A stretch of 64,000 bases of DNA from Octopus vulgaris (lineage: Eukaryota): the NCBI GenBank assembly GCA_951406725.2, contig OX597832.1, forward strand, positions 67,022,001 through 67,086,000, in the 5' to 3' direction. Each line of letters begins with the position of its first letter. The first letter of the stretch is position 1. The translations under genes and the position numbers were made by a program. Below, piece by piece: positions 14,154 to 25,761 of the stretch. The notes under the pieces are model-generated. The model was not told the DNA's origin. It worked only from the letters and a program-made list of their open reading frames with translations, and did not search any database.

Positions 14154-14517
14154 CCCGTAAAGAGAAAAGCAACTAGTTTTAAATCTCTGAGCGTGAAATA
14201 TATAGTAACAGTGCCGTACAGTAAAGTCTATTTGCCAACGCAACATGGCATTCCTACGTCGGACGATGTTACTAAATATTAGCCACATTTAAACATCATT
14301 TCCAGCTGGGTACAGATATATGGTCTCTATCCGTATACTGTGAACGAGAGAATCTACTGCTCCAGTTGCAAAATAAGTTTTCCTGGGGCTAAAAATTATT
14401 AACATCGACCTACTTAGTACTGCCACATTGTGTAGGTAAATAGAATTTACTGCACGGTACTGTACTACATATTTCTCCCTCAGAGATTTAAAACTAGTTA
14501 TTTTTATCTTGTGTGGG
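14154..14517. mobile_element. MITE-like or fold-back element with ~80 bp inverted arms
   Basis: aactagttttaaatctctgag..gaaatat.tagta.cagt.ccgt.cagtaaa.tctattt is inverted at 14438-14517. Its interior repeats 13874-14010. Confidence 0.75.
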
Positions 14518-14590
14518 CGTGTATATGTATATGTATAGTAATCATATTATAAAAATATGGGCGTATATGTATATGCATAATGTACATATA

Positions 14591-14660
<70 letters not shown>

Positions 14661-14663
<3 letters not shown>

Positions 14664-14763
14664 AAATGGATAAATGAATTATCTTGTTACGGATTATTCA
14701 AAAGATAACCGATACCTGGGTAGCAAGAATCACAACAGAAAAATCACGGTTGAGGTTACGACC
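14661..14763. mobile_element. (TA)n-anchored repeat, family B copy 1
   Basis: aatgaattatcttgtta.gga..attc...gatacctgggt.gcaa is shared with 43317-43425 and has the same left end at (TA)n. Confidence 0.65.
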
Positions 14764-14767
14764 ATAT

Positions 14768-14828
<61 letters not shown>

Positions 14829-14829
<1 letters not shown>

Positions 14830-15025
14830 CGGGAAGGTTTACGAAAATAAACAAAAGACGAAGGCAGGTGGAATACAAACAAACAAATATTTGTATGGTG
14901 CTCAGGAATAGAAATAAAACAAGTCTTTTACGCTTCGAGCCTACGCTCTTCGACAGAAAGATACACAGAAAAGAAACAAGGAGAAAAAAAAAATTGCGTG
15001 TAGGGGCTCACGATCCAACATGGCG
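14829..15025 (-). mobile_element. Family A copy 3
   Basis: Homologous to the other copies; the hammerhead GAAA is mutated to GAAG. Confidence 0.7.
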
Positions 15026-15033
15026 TTTTTATA

Positions 15034-15226
15034 TATATATAAAAACTTACTTGGAGAAAAGAAACGAAACGATGCGAGGGCGCTCAGTCAGAAAATAAAT
15101 TAATTAAAAAAATATATGCATACATATATACCTATATGTACGTGCTTACATCTATATTTATATATACTATGACTGAGCGCCCTCGCGTCGTTTCGTTTCT
15201 TTTCTCCAAGTAAGTTTTTATATATA
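15034..15226. repeat. Fold-back element with near-perfect ~57 bp arms
   Basis: aaaaacttacttggagaaaagaaacgaaacgatgcgagggcgctcagtca versus tgactgagcgccctcgcgtcgtttcgtttcttttctccaagtaagttttt. Confidence 0.92.
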
Positions 15227-15653
15227 ATTATGACGCGAACTCTGTAACCGTTTACTTGACCTTTCCTTCCTTCCTGTCTGTCTTCCTCTTTACCTGTCTC
15301 TCTCCTTCTTATTTTTCACCCTTTCTGCTTTCCTTTCCTCTCTATCTCTCTCTCTCACTCACTCCTCCCCATCTCTCTCACTGCTGAGTGGATTACGAAC
15401 TTCCTTTTGCTCGCAGCTTTCTACAAGTCAGCACCGACTATTTCTTGCGCTCCGAATTTTTGCATCGTCTAGGCTTAAAAAAAAGCCCTCAATGTTGGTT
15501 TCATTGTCCTGTTTTTATTCTTTATGTGTACTGTATTTTTATTTGTATTATTTTTACGTCTTGTTCTTGTCACATTTTTTTCTTTTCTTGTTTTACTCCT
15601 CTGCAAAAGAATTTTATTTAATTCTTTCGCAGGAAGGACTGCTTCGCCCGGAT

Positions 15654-15715
15654 CGTGTTCTGTCCTTACCTTCGAAACACGCATTGAGTCGAACCAGGGA
15701 CAGCTGATGAAGGGG
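15654..15715 (+). ncRNA. Candidate non-circularly permuted hammerhead ribozyme
   Basis: Order is cgtg-TT-ctgtcctt, then ccttc-GAAA-cacg, then agggacag-CTGATGA-agggg. Stem III is 5 bp, stem I 8 bp, stem II about 4 bp with G-U pairs. Confidence 0.5.
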
Positions 15716-15951
15716 AATATTCCTTGTATTGTTTGTCTTGTACTCCGTTTTTTCGTTGTTAAAAAAAGTCCGTTTCCTATTTTTTTTTGTTTTCGTTTCT
15801 CGTTGTGTTCTAAGTTTACTTGTGGTGTCCTGTACTCATATTTATATACATATATATGCAAGTATATATACATATAGATGTAGGTACGTACATATATGTA
15901 TGTATGTGTGCATATATATTATTTATTAAATTATTATACATATATATATAC

Positions 15952-16021
<70 letters not shown>

Positions 16022-16671
16022 GCTGGTTTTATAATAGCAAATATACGCTTGCATATAAAAGTATATACAAACACACAGGCGCATATATTCAGTTGCATAC
16101 ATTTCTATAAGAAAACAACTACCCATATCTCGGATTACATTAAATATTTCTTTATTTTTTCCTTTCTGATATCTGCAAACATATCTTTAATACTTGCACA
16201 ACTGAAGAGTTCGTATTATTGTTCTGCAATTATATGTAATCAATATTGGAAATGTTGCTTTTGGATAAATCCAATGAAATATCGTCATAACAAAAAAAGA
16301 ATGAATATAAAAGATAACTCTAATGTGTAGAAAAAGAAAAAAAAACATAATCAATAAATGTTTCCGAATTATACGTTTTTATTGCATTTTGCTTTTTTCT
16401 TCATCTCTAGCTAATAAATCAAGCCAAACCATTGCACTGACTCAATATGAAACTTAGTTAAGTAAATGTTAATAGCTTCACAATGTTTCAAATACGAATG
16501 TTATAGATTTAGAAATGTGTATCAATATATAATTTCAAACATGCAGAGTCACTTAAACAAACACACCAAAGTTGATACCTATGCATTTATACTTATACAC
16601 ATGATGTTAGTGTGTGTATAAATGAAACCTAAGATCAATTCACACACATGCACATCGGCTACATTCAATAA

Positions 16672-16709
16672 TTTCTTGAAAATGGGGTCATAACCCCGAA
16701 ATATTGAAT
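16672..16709 (+). ncRNA. Possible minimal hammerhead variant (U3-A8 core)
   Basis: ttc-TTGAAAA-t-gggg tcataa cccc-GAAA-ta-TT-gaa; stem I is only 3 bp. Confidence 0.25.
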
Positions 16710-18144
16710 ACAAGGTAAGTCAACATTAATTCATATATTTATTTTCTTGTGATTTGCTTTGTATTTACGTCGCAATGTTCTGGCCATACCGGCGATCCTT
16801 CATACAATATATTCGATATATATATATCGATATATACACATACATATTCGTGCTGTATCCACGAAGTTCAACATGTTGTATATCACTTGATCAGTTAAGA
16901 GAATAATGATATAATTATAAACATGTAAAATGAGAAGCCTGGTGAAATTTAGCTTCCTAGGTTCTCCTGGCCCAAATAGTAAGTTATTTCAGTGCTCTGC
17001 AAAACTAAGTTGAGAGTAAGACATTCGATTTCATAGGTATTTGAATGAACACGAATATTTTGAAAACTACAAAGATCTGTCAAGGAAGTACAATTAACTA
17101 CACAGCACCTAAAAGATTCCTTATGTGAGCACTAGAAATGTCCTACACCAGCAGGGGTTTATCTATAATTCCTGCTAAGTGTCCGGTGGTTTATCTATAA
17201 TTCCTACTAAGTTGCATTTTGTAAAATGTGGACATGATTAGAACATCCCATCTTTCCCATATTTATATTCACTTGAAGATATGTCTTAAAAGATAAACAT
17301 TCTAAATCATAATGCTGACATTACAAGCTTGAAGAATGACGAAATAGATTTAAAAATTCCGACTCGGCAACACTAAGTAGCTGGCCTTCACGAGGCTATT
17401 CCAATGTTTTTAATAATATTATATCTTAACGTGTGTATGTGTTTGTGTGTGTCTGTCTGCGCTTGTGTGTGTCTGTCTGTGCCTGTGTATGTTCGTGCAT
17501 GTGTGTATATCTACTCCAGGTGATACATTTGGTAATCCGTGTAAAGGCACCAATATTATTCTATTGAAAATATCGAAGAACTTCAGGGCACTTTTCAAAA
17601 GTCAATAAACGAATTCTACGTGTGACCAATAATGAATTTCAATTAGAAAAAATCTCTGGAATAAACGACGCAGGATTAAATACCAAAAACTAAGGAAATA
17701 AGGAGACAAAATTGCATGCTGACACAAAGAAGGAGCAATCGTGTTTGAAGTTTCGTGCTATGGATCACTGAGCACGCGTGAATGTTTCACTCCTTTTGTC
17801 AGTGGTTGTATCAAAATAGAGAAATATGACACGATTTTTTTTCAAAATGTTCTGAACCAAGAATAAAATAGGAATTATGGCGAATGTGATGCTAATGCCC
17901 ATCAACAGAGATCTGGATGAAGTTCCTAACTTCAAGAAAATAAAATTAGTAAAGTTATTCAGGTAATGTCTATTAAATAATGCATATAATTTAATAAATT
18001 ATGTTGAAATTATGAAATATATATTACATAAATTGTAATATATAACTTATGCATACACACAAACATATATATATGTAGATGTATGTAGACCTACCTAACT
18101 ACCTAACAACCTATCGATCTTTCGATCCTTCTATGTATATATGC

Positions 18145-18219
<75 letters not shown>

Positions 18220-18311
18220 AGGAGAGAGAGATGAAACTTACTTGGAAAAGGATGCTTGTCGTTTGATCATATAATATTATAAATAATATATATAAATATA
18301 TGCATATATAC

Positions 18312-18575
18312 ATACATATATGTACATACCTACAAATATATGTATATATACATGTATATATGGGTACAGGACATCAAAAAAGAACGTTGAACACAATGAG
18401 AAACGAAGACATAAAAACAAAAACATAGAAACGAACATTTTTTCAAACAACGAAAACAGAGAAACGAGACATGCAACATAAAGAATATTCTCCAACTCGT
18501 ATTTTGTTGTCCTGTACCCATATATGCATGTATATATACCTATATTTGTAGGTATGTACATATATGTATGTATAT
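18312..18575 (-). mobile_element. 3' end of the element at 15710-15870 in minus orientation, with an inverted terminal arm
   Basis: gtacaggaca..aacacaa.gagaaacgaa..gaatattc matches 15715-15840. Arms are tatatgggtacaggaca and tgtcctgtacccatata. Confidence 0.75.
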
Positions 18576-18988
18576 ACTCTTTTACTCTTTTTACTCTTTT
18601 ACTTGTTTCAGTCATTTGACTGCGGCCATGCTGGAGCACCGCCTTTAGTCGAGCAAATCGACCCCGGGACTTATTCTTTGTAAGCCCAGTACTTATTCTA
18701 TCGGTCTCTTTTGCCGAACCGCTAAGTGACGGGGACGTAAACACACCAGCATCGGTTATCAAGCGATGTTGGGGGGACAAACACAGACACACAAACACAC
18801 ACACATATATATATATACATATATACGACGGGCTTCTTTCAGTTTCCATCTACCAAATCCACTCACAAGGCTTTGGTCGGCCCGAGGCTATAGCAGAAAA
18901 CAGTAGCCCAAGATCCCACGCAGTGGGACTGAACCCGGAACCATGTGGTTGGTTAGCAAGCTACTTACCACACAGCCACTCCCGCGCC
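18576..18988 (-). mobile_element. Full-length young tRNA-derived SINE
   Basis: Minus 5' end ggcgcgggagTGGCTGTGTGGTaag..gGTTCAGTCCc gives Pol III A and B boxes; central body ccaaagccttgtgagtggatttggtaga; (agtaaaag)n tail. Confidence 0.92.
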
Positions 18989-19046
18989 TATATTTACGCA
19001 TATATTTATATATATTACATATATATATGTATATACATAAAGAGAA

Positions 19047-19090
<44 letters not shown>

Positions 19091-19589
19091 CCTGATACGG
19101 GCCTGGTGTGACCACGCAACAATCGGAGTTTAATGTGAATAAAAGTAAGAGCTGGAATTGAAGCGAAAGAATATTCACACGCCGTGTGCATCCCTTAAGT
19201 TACATACATACTTATTGTGGAATAAAAAGTGAGCACCTTTGCTACACGTCTAAGTCTTTCGTTTTCAAAGAATGCAAGAAATACCAAGAATGTAAATAGC
19301 TGTAGAGAACATGAATTTGGTAAAACATAGAAACTGTGGCTTAATCAAAGTTGAAGTAAATGTTATCAATGCCAGGATGATAGTTCAGTGTTTGAATGGA
19401 GAATAATCCCGGAGACTGCAGTAATCACGTTTAAAATACTAAGTTACAAATAAGTAAATAGTTTGTATCAGCACTATTGTGGGATGCGCGAAAATATTGG
19501 TTCGCCGTCTTTAACGATAGAACTAACGCGGAGGGGTTAAGGCTTATGCATATTTACATAAATACATACATCATACACATATATATATA

Positions 19590-19626
<37 letters not shown>

Positions 19627-19734
19627 ATGTCTATATGTATATATATATGTATGTATATATATATTTTTTTTTTCTTGAAGTTTTAGCTGAGAGCTGTGGC
19701 CATGTTGATGCACCGCTTCTGCTATAGAGAAGCG

Positions 19735-19808
<74 letters not shown>

Positions 19809-20455
19809 GCATACATATACATACATATACGTATGTTTGTAGTTCACACTCACACACATAGATACATGTATATGCACGCGCGCGCGTGTGTGCGTGCGTG
19901 CGTGCGTGCGTGCGTGTGGACAGGTATTACAAGTACTATACGTGTGTGTTTCATTAAACTCTAATGAGTTCCTGAGTGTGATGCTAATTGTTCAGGTGCA
20001 ATGTATTATTTTAACTGTTAATAACTAATTCAAATCATGTTATAATTTCCACAATTAAATTTTCGAGTTATTTAATTAGAAATATCATTAACATCTTATT
20101 CAGGATTCATTTAGTTATTGCATTTATTCAATTTATTCTTGTTAATTCATAAGCGGTCACATGAATTTCGTCTCTGATTTCCTTACCATCCAGATTAATA
20201 CGAACACAAACGCTTGATTCACTTTCTTGCATGGTCACCCGTTTGCGAACTCATACGATGTTACGCAGAACATGCATATAACAAATTCTTAAACACATAG
20301 ACTGGGGAGGAGTAAGAGAGGAAGAGAGAGAGGTAAAGGCATAGTCACATGAATGTTAAATTTCTAGATTCCAATAATTGTAGATTCTGGAGATTACTCA
20401 CTCAATCATAGGCACACACGCTAACGCACACACTCATACGTGCATATATATATAT

Positions 20456-20516
20456 AGTTTTTCAATGACTGAAATAACAATTCATTGAAATACGACATTT
20501 CATGTGAAGCAACCTA

Positions 20517-20587
<71 letters not shown>

Positions 20588-20850
20588 GTTGTTTAACATG
20601 AAACGCATTTTAATGACGTGTTATTTCAGCCATTGAAAAACTCAGTTATTGTATACTTTGCATTTAATCTTGACACTTTTTCTTTCCCAAAAATATTGGT
20701 ATACAAAATTCGTACCCGCAGACCTTATCAAAATGATAACAACCAAACTATATTGATTTTCTCGCATGTGTACAAACTGGTTCATTCTATAGCGGAAGCT
20801 GTACGGCATATCAGTCGGGCCTCTGGTAATGGTTTTGTTGATTTTCAGAA
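20456..20850 (+). mobile_element. Two back-to-back mariner-type termini across (TA)n, with a remnant of the transposase N-terminus
   Basis: ...gcaacctaaTA (TA)n TAttaggttg... with ~60 bp inverted arms. Downstream translation YKLVHSIAEAVRHISRASGNG resembles the mariner first HTH. Confidence 0.6.
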
Positions 20851-21740
20851 CCCATTGACCATAGGGACGATTACCCCAATAATAAATTGTGTATCACTGA
20901 CGGTGCACCGCCATGCACCTGAAACTCGCATCTACCATTTCTGGCACCAAGACAAAAAACTCATATTCTATCAACTTGCAGTATTCATCAAAAGAAAGAT
21001 CGTACTACCCTTTGGTGCCTTGTTAATGGATTTCAAGTCCCTGACAAACTGCCACCTATGTATACCACATTAGGACTGGCAGCATTTAAACTACTACAAT
21101 TCTAGCCCTCCACGGTACGTAACGAAACTCGGGTCTGCCATGTGTAACAACAAAGGGGACAAAATGAGATGGTTAAGTAAACCAATCCACGGCTTCAAGA
21201 CATGGTGGTGACAGCGCTCCCTGCCTGCACTCTGTAGGTGACATGAGCCTAAGAACAAAGACAGATATGCATATAGCTTCCAGAGCAATATCACAGTGGG
21301 ATGCGAAATATGCAAGAGCAGCTTCACAACTATAAGCTATCATGGATTTCTCTCATAATCTACTACGCCCCATCTTCCTATTATGTTCTCTTACTTTCTC
21401 TCTCTCTTGATGCCTAATGTGTTAGTTCGTTTTACGAGCCTACGAAACTTCGAAGACACTGTCAATACTATTCTTCTTACAGAATAATGAAGATATATGT
21501 ATATACGTATGTGTGTTTTTGCGCGTACACATACACACAGAGAAAAGGGGACAGATACTTATATACATGCATACCTACATACATAGATACATACGTACAG
21601 ATTGCAAATCCCAAATTCACACTCCAGCTTTCTTTAATTTGATACGAAATACGAAATTGAATTAATATAACGTGCCTATTCTATTATCATATTTTATATA
21701 CTGAAGAATTCAAATTGTAGGAAACCATCTAAATAGTTTA

Positions 21741-21778
<38 letters not shown>

Positions 21779-21810
21779 ATCTATCTATATATATATATAT
21801 ATATATATCT

Positions 21811-21846
<36 letters not shown>

Positions 21847-21847
<1 letters not shown>

Positions 21848-22043
21848 GGGAGAGGTTACGAAAAAAACAAAAGACGAAGACAGGTGGTGTACAAAACAAA
21901 CAGATGTATTATTATAACGCTCAGGAATAGAAAAAGTCTTTTACGTTTCGAGGCTACGCTCTTCTACAGAAAGGGACACAGAAAAAGCAAGGAGTGAAAA
22001 AAATGTGTGTAGTGGCTAACGATCTATCATGGCGACCATTGCC

Positions 22044-22048
<5 letters not shown>
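21847..22048 (-). mobile_element. Family A copy 4
   Basis: Homologous; minus strand cttt-CTGTAGAA-gagc gtag cctc-GAAACGTA-aaag. Confidence 0.7.
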
Positions 22049-22109
<61 letters not shown>

Positions 22110-22234
22110 GCGTTCATATATAAATCAATACATTTTTCTAATATACATACACAGATAGAATGGATTCCACTCTGAAATCAATTCAATGTATGAAATGTAT
22201 GATCCATTGCCAATGTCATGTACGATATTTCAAA

Positions 22235-22665
22235 GGTGAAATGGAGTTTGCATCTTAAGCATTTGGTTCCAGGCTCAGGTATACTTCGTCGCAATTTGGG
22301 TGTCGTCTGTTATAGAACCTGGACGACCAGAGCCAAGTAATTTAGTCTTGTAGACGGTAACTAAAAGAAGCTCGGCATAGATGTACGTATTTATATATGA
22401 GTATGTGTGTGCGAATTTATGTGTGGTGTGCGTGCGTAAGTGTGTGTGTATGTGTGTGTGTGTATGTGAATGAGTCTTTATGTGTATGCTTGTCCCCTTA
22501 GAGTACTAGTGTCGATATCATCACCTCATAACCTAGCGGTTCGGCAAAAGAGAATATATACCAGGCTCAGAAAACGAATTAAATTCGTGGGTGATGAGGA
22601 TATCTTCAAGAAAACCATTCAAAGTCGAGCCCCGGCAGTCCAATGGCAAAAGCAAATCAAAGAAA
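22235..22665 (+). mobile_element. Old copy of the SINE at 18576-18988
   Basis: gtagacggtaactaaaagaagc and aacctagcggttcggcaaaagag blocks are retained. Confidence 0.75.
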
Positions 22666-23517
22666 AAATATTTAAGATTTTTACGATTTCTTTTTCTTAT
22701 TTTTTGCGTTTTTCAATGATTGTCGCTTAATATATCATCTTATTATGTCATCTATGTCGAGAAGCATTATCGGCTGTTGTTTCAAGAACAATCTTCATTT
22801 GTTGTTATTAGTACTGTATGTTAGAAGTCCGATATGAAACAAATTTCTACCTCAATAACAACCATCCTGCATCGCAAATTTATATGTTCCCCTAAAATTT
22901 CTTCGTTGCTACATCTATATCACTACTGCAATAGCATCCTCAAATGTGGTGATTTTATACATATCCACATATATGTGGTATAAACGCAATTCTATTGCAC
23001 CGTTAGACAGTATTTAAAAAATTGTAACGTTTGTGAGATGAAATGCCAACAGTACATAACAAATCTAAACATAATTATAGATCATTGTATGTATAACAAA
23101 TATTTTCAGTCAATTCGGTTAATTTCATTTGCCGAAAATATGTTCTTAATGGAGGCAACACTGGCGAAAAATGTAAAGAGAAAAACAACGCTATAAATAC
23201 TTAATTAATATATTCACAGACAGAATATGTAGCTACTGAACGGATTGACATATGACTAGTCAACAGATTGACATTGCAGCCACGCTCCTCACACGAGACA
23301 AATCACCTAGGAGTTCTAAATATGCTTCAGCTTAAAGAATCTTGTGATGCAAAGTAATTTATTCTACGTACCTTATTGCACAATTTCCTCCATTCGGAGT
23401 ATAGTGAAGTTTATCTAAATATAAATATTTTACATACATACACCAGTATACATACATATCCATACGCGTACGCACACACGCGCATCTCTCTCTCTCTCTC
23501 TCTCACTCTCTCTCTTG

Positions 23518-23549
<32 letters not shown>

Positions 23550-23557
23550 TCACTCTG

Positions 23558-23591
<34 letters not shown>

Positions 23592-23600
<9 letters not shown>

Positions 23601-23850
23601 GTGACATTTATTCGGTAGCTAAGATAAAACTCTGAGTTTCGGATGCCGAGGTGGAAATCCACACCACCATCTCTTCAGTTATGGCCGGATAACTGAAGAG
23701 ATGGGGGTGTGGATTTCCACCTCGGCATTCGAAACTCACAGTTTTATCTTGGCTACCGAATAATTGTCACATATTATATTTACAGATAACTTCCTCTATT
23801 TACATAATATTGAGGTATCTTTCTTTTGTTATCTTAACGTTTTTAGCAAT
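23592..23850. mobile_element. Fold-back element (arms ~90 bp, 6-nt loop) with a hammerhead in each arm and a one-sided tail
   Basis: Near-perfect inverted repeat 23592-23779 centred on ggccgg; flanked by (TA)n. Confidence 0.9.
23687..23749 (+). ncRNA. Type I hammerhead motif (mirror copy on the minus strand at ~23622-23682)
   Basis: ggataa-CTGAAGA-gatg..catt-c-GAAA-ctcacag-TT-ttatct. The minus copy has perfect gatg/catc and stem III actcagagt. Confidence 0.7.
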
Positions 23851-23862
23851 ATATATATATAT

Positions 23863-24143
23863 ATAAGATGATTGAAATCAAAATAAGCAACAAGGATATC
23901 CAGAGGTAATGCTGTACGAACGTTTCATGCGACTCCATTTATTTGAACAATGCAATCATTTCATTACATCAATTTAAATGATTGCATTTTTTAATTAAAC
24001 GGAGTCGCATGAAACGATCGTACTGCATTACCTCTGATTATGATTGTTGCTTATTTTGATTTTAATCATCTTATTTTGAAATTGTAAGAATAATACCATG
24101 CTAAATACCGGTGCCTCAACTTAAGTACCATGGTCATCTGAAT
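23863..24143. mobile_element. Fold-back element, family C copy 1 (3' half of a hammerhead only) plus tail
   Basis: Arms 23863-23962 and ~23975-24074; gcat-GAAA-cgatcg-TA-ctgca at 24007-24027; homologous to 46797-47212. Confidence 0.85.
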
Positions 24144-24287
24144 ATATATACATATATGAAATAATAAATGGAGTTTAACGCAGGTGTAAATAATTTTTTT
24201 TTTACTTTCAACACATGTTAATTGTTAACAAGTTAAAAATACACTCATCTATGTATCTATTTATCTATCTATATATCTAACTATCTA

Positions 24288-24380
<93 letters not shown>

Positions 24381-24832
24381 TATAATACAGTTTAAGTGAA
24401 GCAAGCATTAGTAATTCTACGGCTAGTAAAAATAATGATTGTCATCACCAAAGATTTTATGTGAAATATCTTCCTCTAGTTATTGTGCTAGCGGAACTTT
24501 TGCTTGGAAGCCGCAAACACTACAAGGAGAAGGACAATTATCTACAGGAAGCCTCCATCATAATGGTACGAAAAGTACAAGAAACTTTTTATGTGAAGTA
24601 TATGTAAAATTGTGAAACATTCTGTTGAATGATATTTGAGCTAGCATAGAGACTCAAGCTGTATGATTGTCAGAAAATGAAAGCCCCAAGAGAAAACATA
24701 AGAAATATAATCATACCTATTAACAAATATATACATAGATTTGAGAAATAGCAACATATCAGAAATAATACATAAAAGACTACACACACACACACACACA
24801 CATACACATGTATGTATGTTTGTGCTTGTGTA

Positions 24833-24960
<128 letters not shown>

Positions 24961-25761
24961 CATGTATATATACACAACACACACATATATATATACATGT
25001 CTGTGTGTGTTTGTATGTATAAACAAGAACTGGACGCGGAAGAAAGAACACATAAGAAAAAAGACGAGCTTTTACACACAAATAAATGCAATCAAACAAA
25101 ATCTACGAAAGACAATACGTGTTAACCCTGGCAATACAATAAAGTTAGAACATCGGAAGCCACCATAGATAAAGGACCAGTGAGCAACGAGAATGAAATC
25201 CCTTTGAGAGAGAAAATACAAAAGAAATCTCAAAAGTGAGACCAAATGAAAGCACCTGGGAAATCATGAGAGCAAATATATACAGGTATGAGTAAATAGA
25301 ATATTATCACGCATCAAAAGAGAAAAAGCAGAATCATGAATGAAGATAATCTAATAGGAAGAAACAATATAAGAGAAACACTGGGAATAAGAAAACAGAG
25401 TAAGTTGGCTCAAAGGAAGTAATCCCCGAGTTGGAAATAAAATCCAAATACAAGAAAATGTCATATGTAAGTTGATCCGAGAAATCACGTCGCTAAATTA
25501 CCTGAAGAAATTTCCGAGTACACGAGGGAGCCTCGACTTGGTTGCTTAATCTAGTAAAAAGTGCAGTGATGTTTTCCTCACATTACATCTTAATAAAATT
25601 TAATACACTTCAGAACATTCCTGCCGACTAGTTTCTCGATCTTACAGACGACATAGAATGCTAAAGTAACAGTTCGCTTGTATTCGTGAATCACTAATAC
25701 GTGTATCTTACCAGAATAAAAAAGGAAAATATTTTAAAGAGTTTAAGAATTAAATGATGTA

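Noticed and set aside
15669-15715. Reading the 15.7 kb motif as an ordinary type II or type III hammerhead
   Set aside because: Type II lacks a stem I after the GTC at 15688-15690, and type III lacks GAAA after stem II. Only the C-B-A order gives all three stems.
17156-17212. Short direct repeat ggtttatctataattcct.ctaagt, twice
   Set aside because: Ordinary local duplication.
18920-18988. tRNA-like sequence (also at 32457 and 51565)
   Set aside because: A and B boxes are present, but there is no full cloverleaf and each continues into a SINE body.
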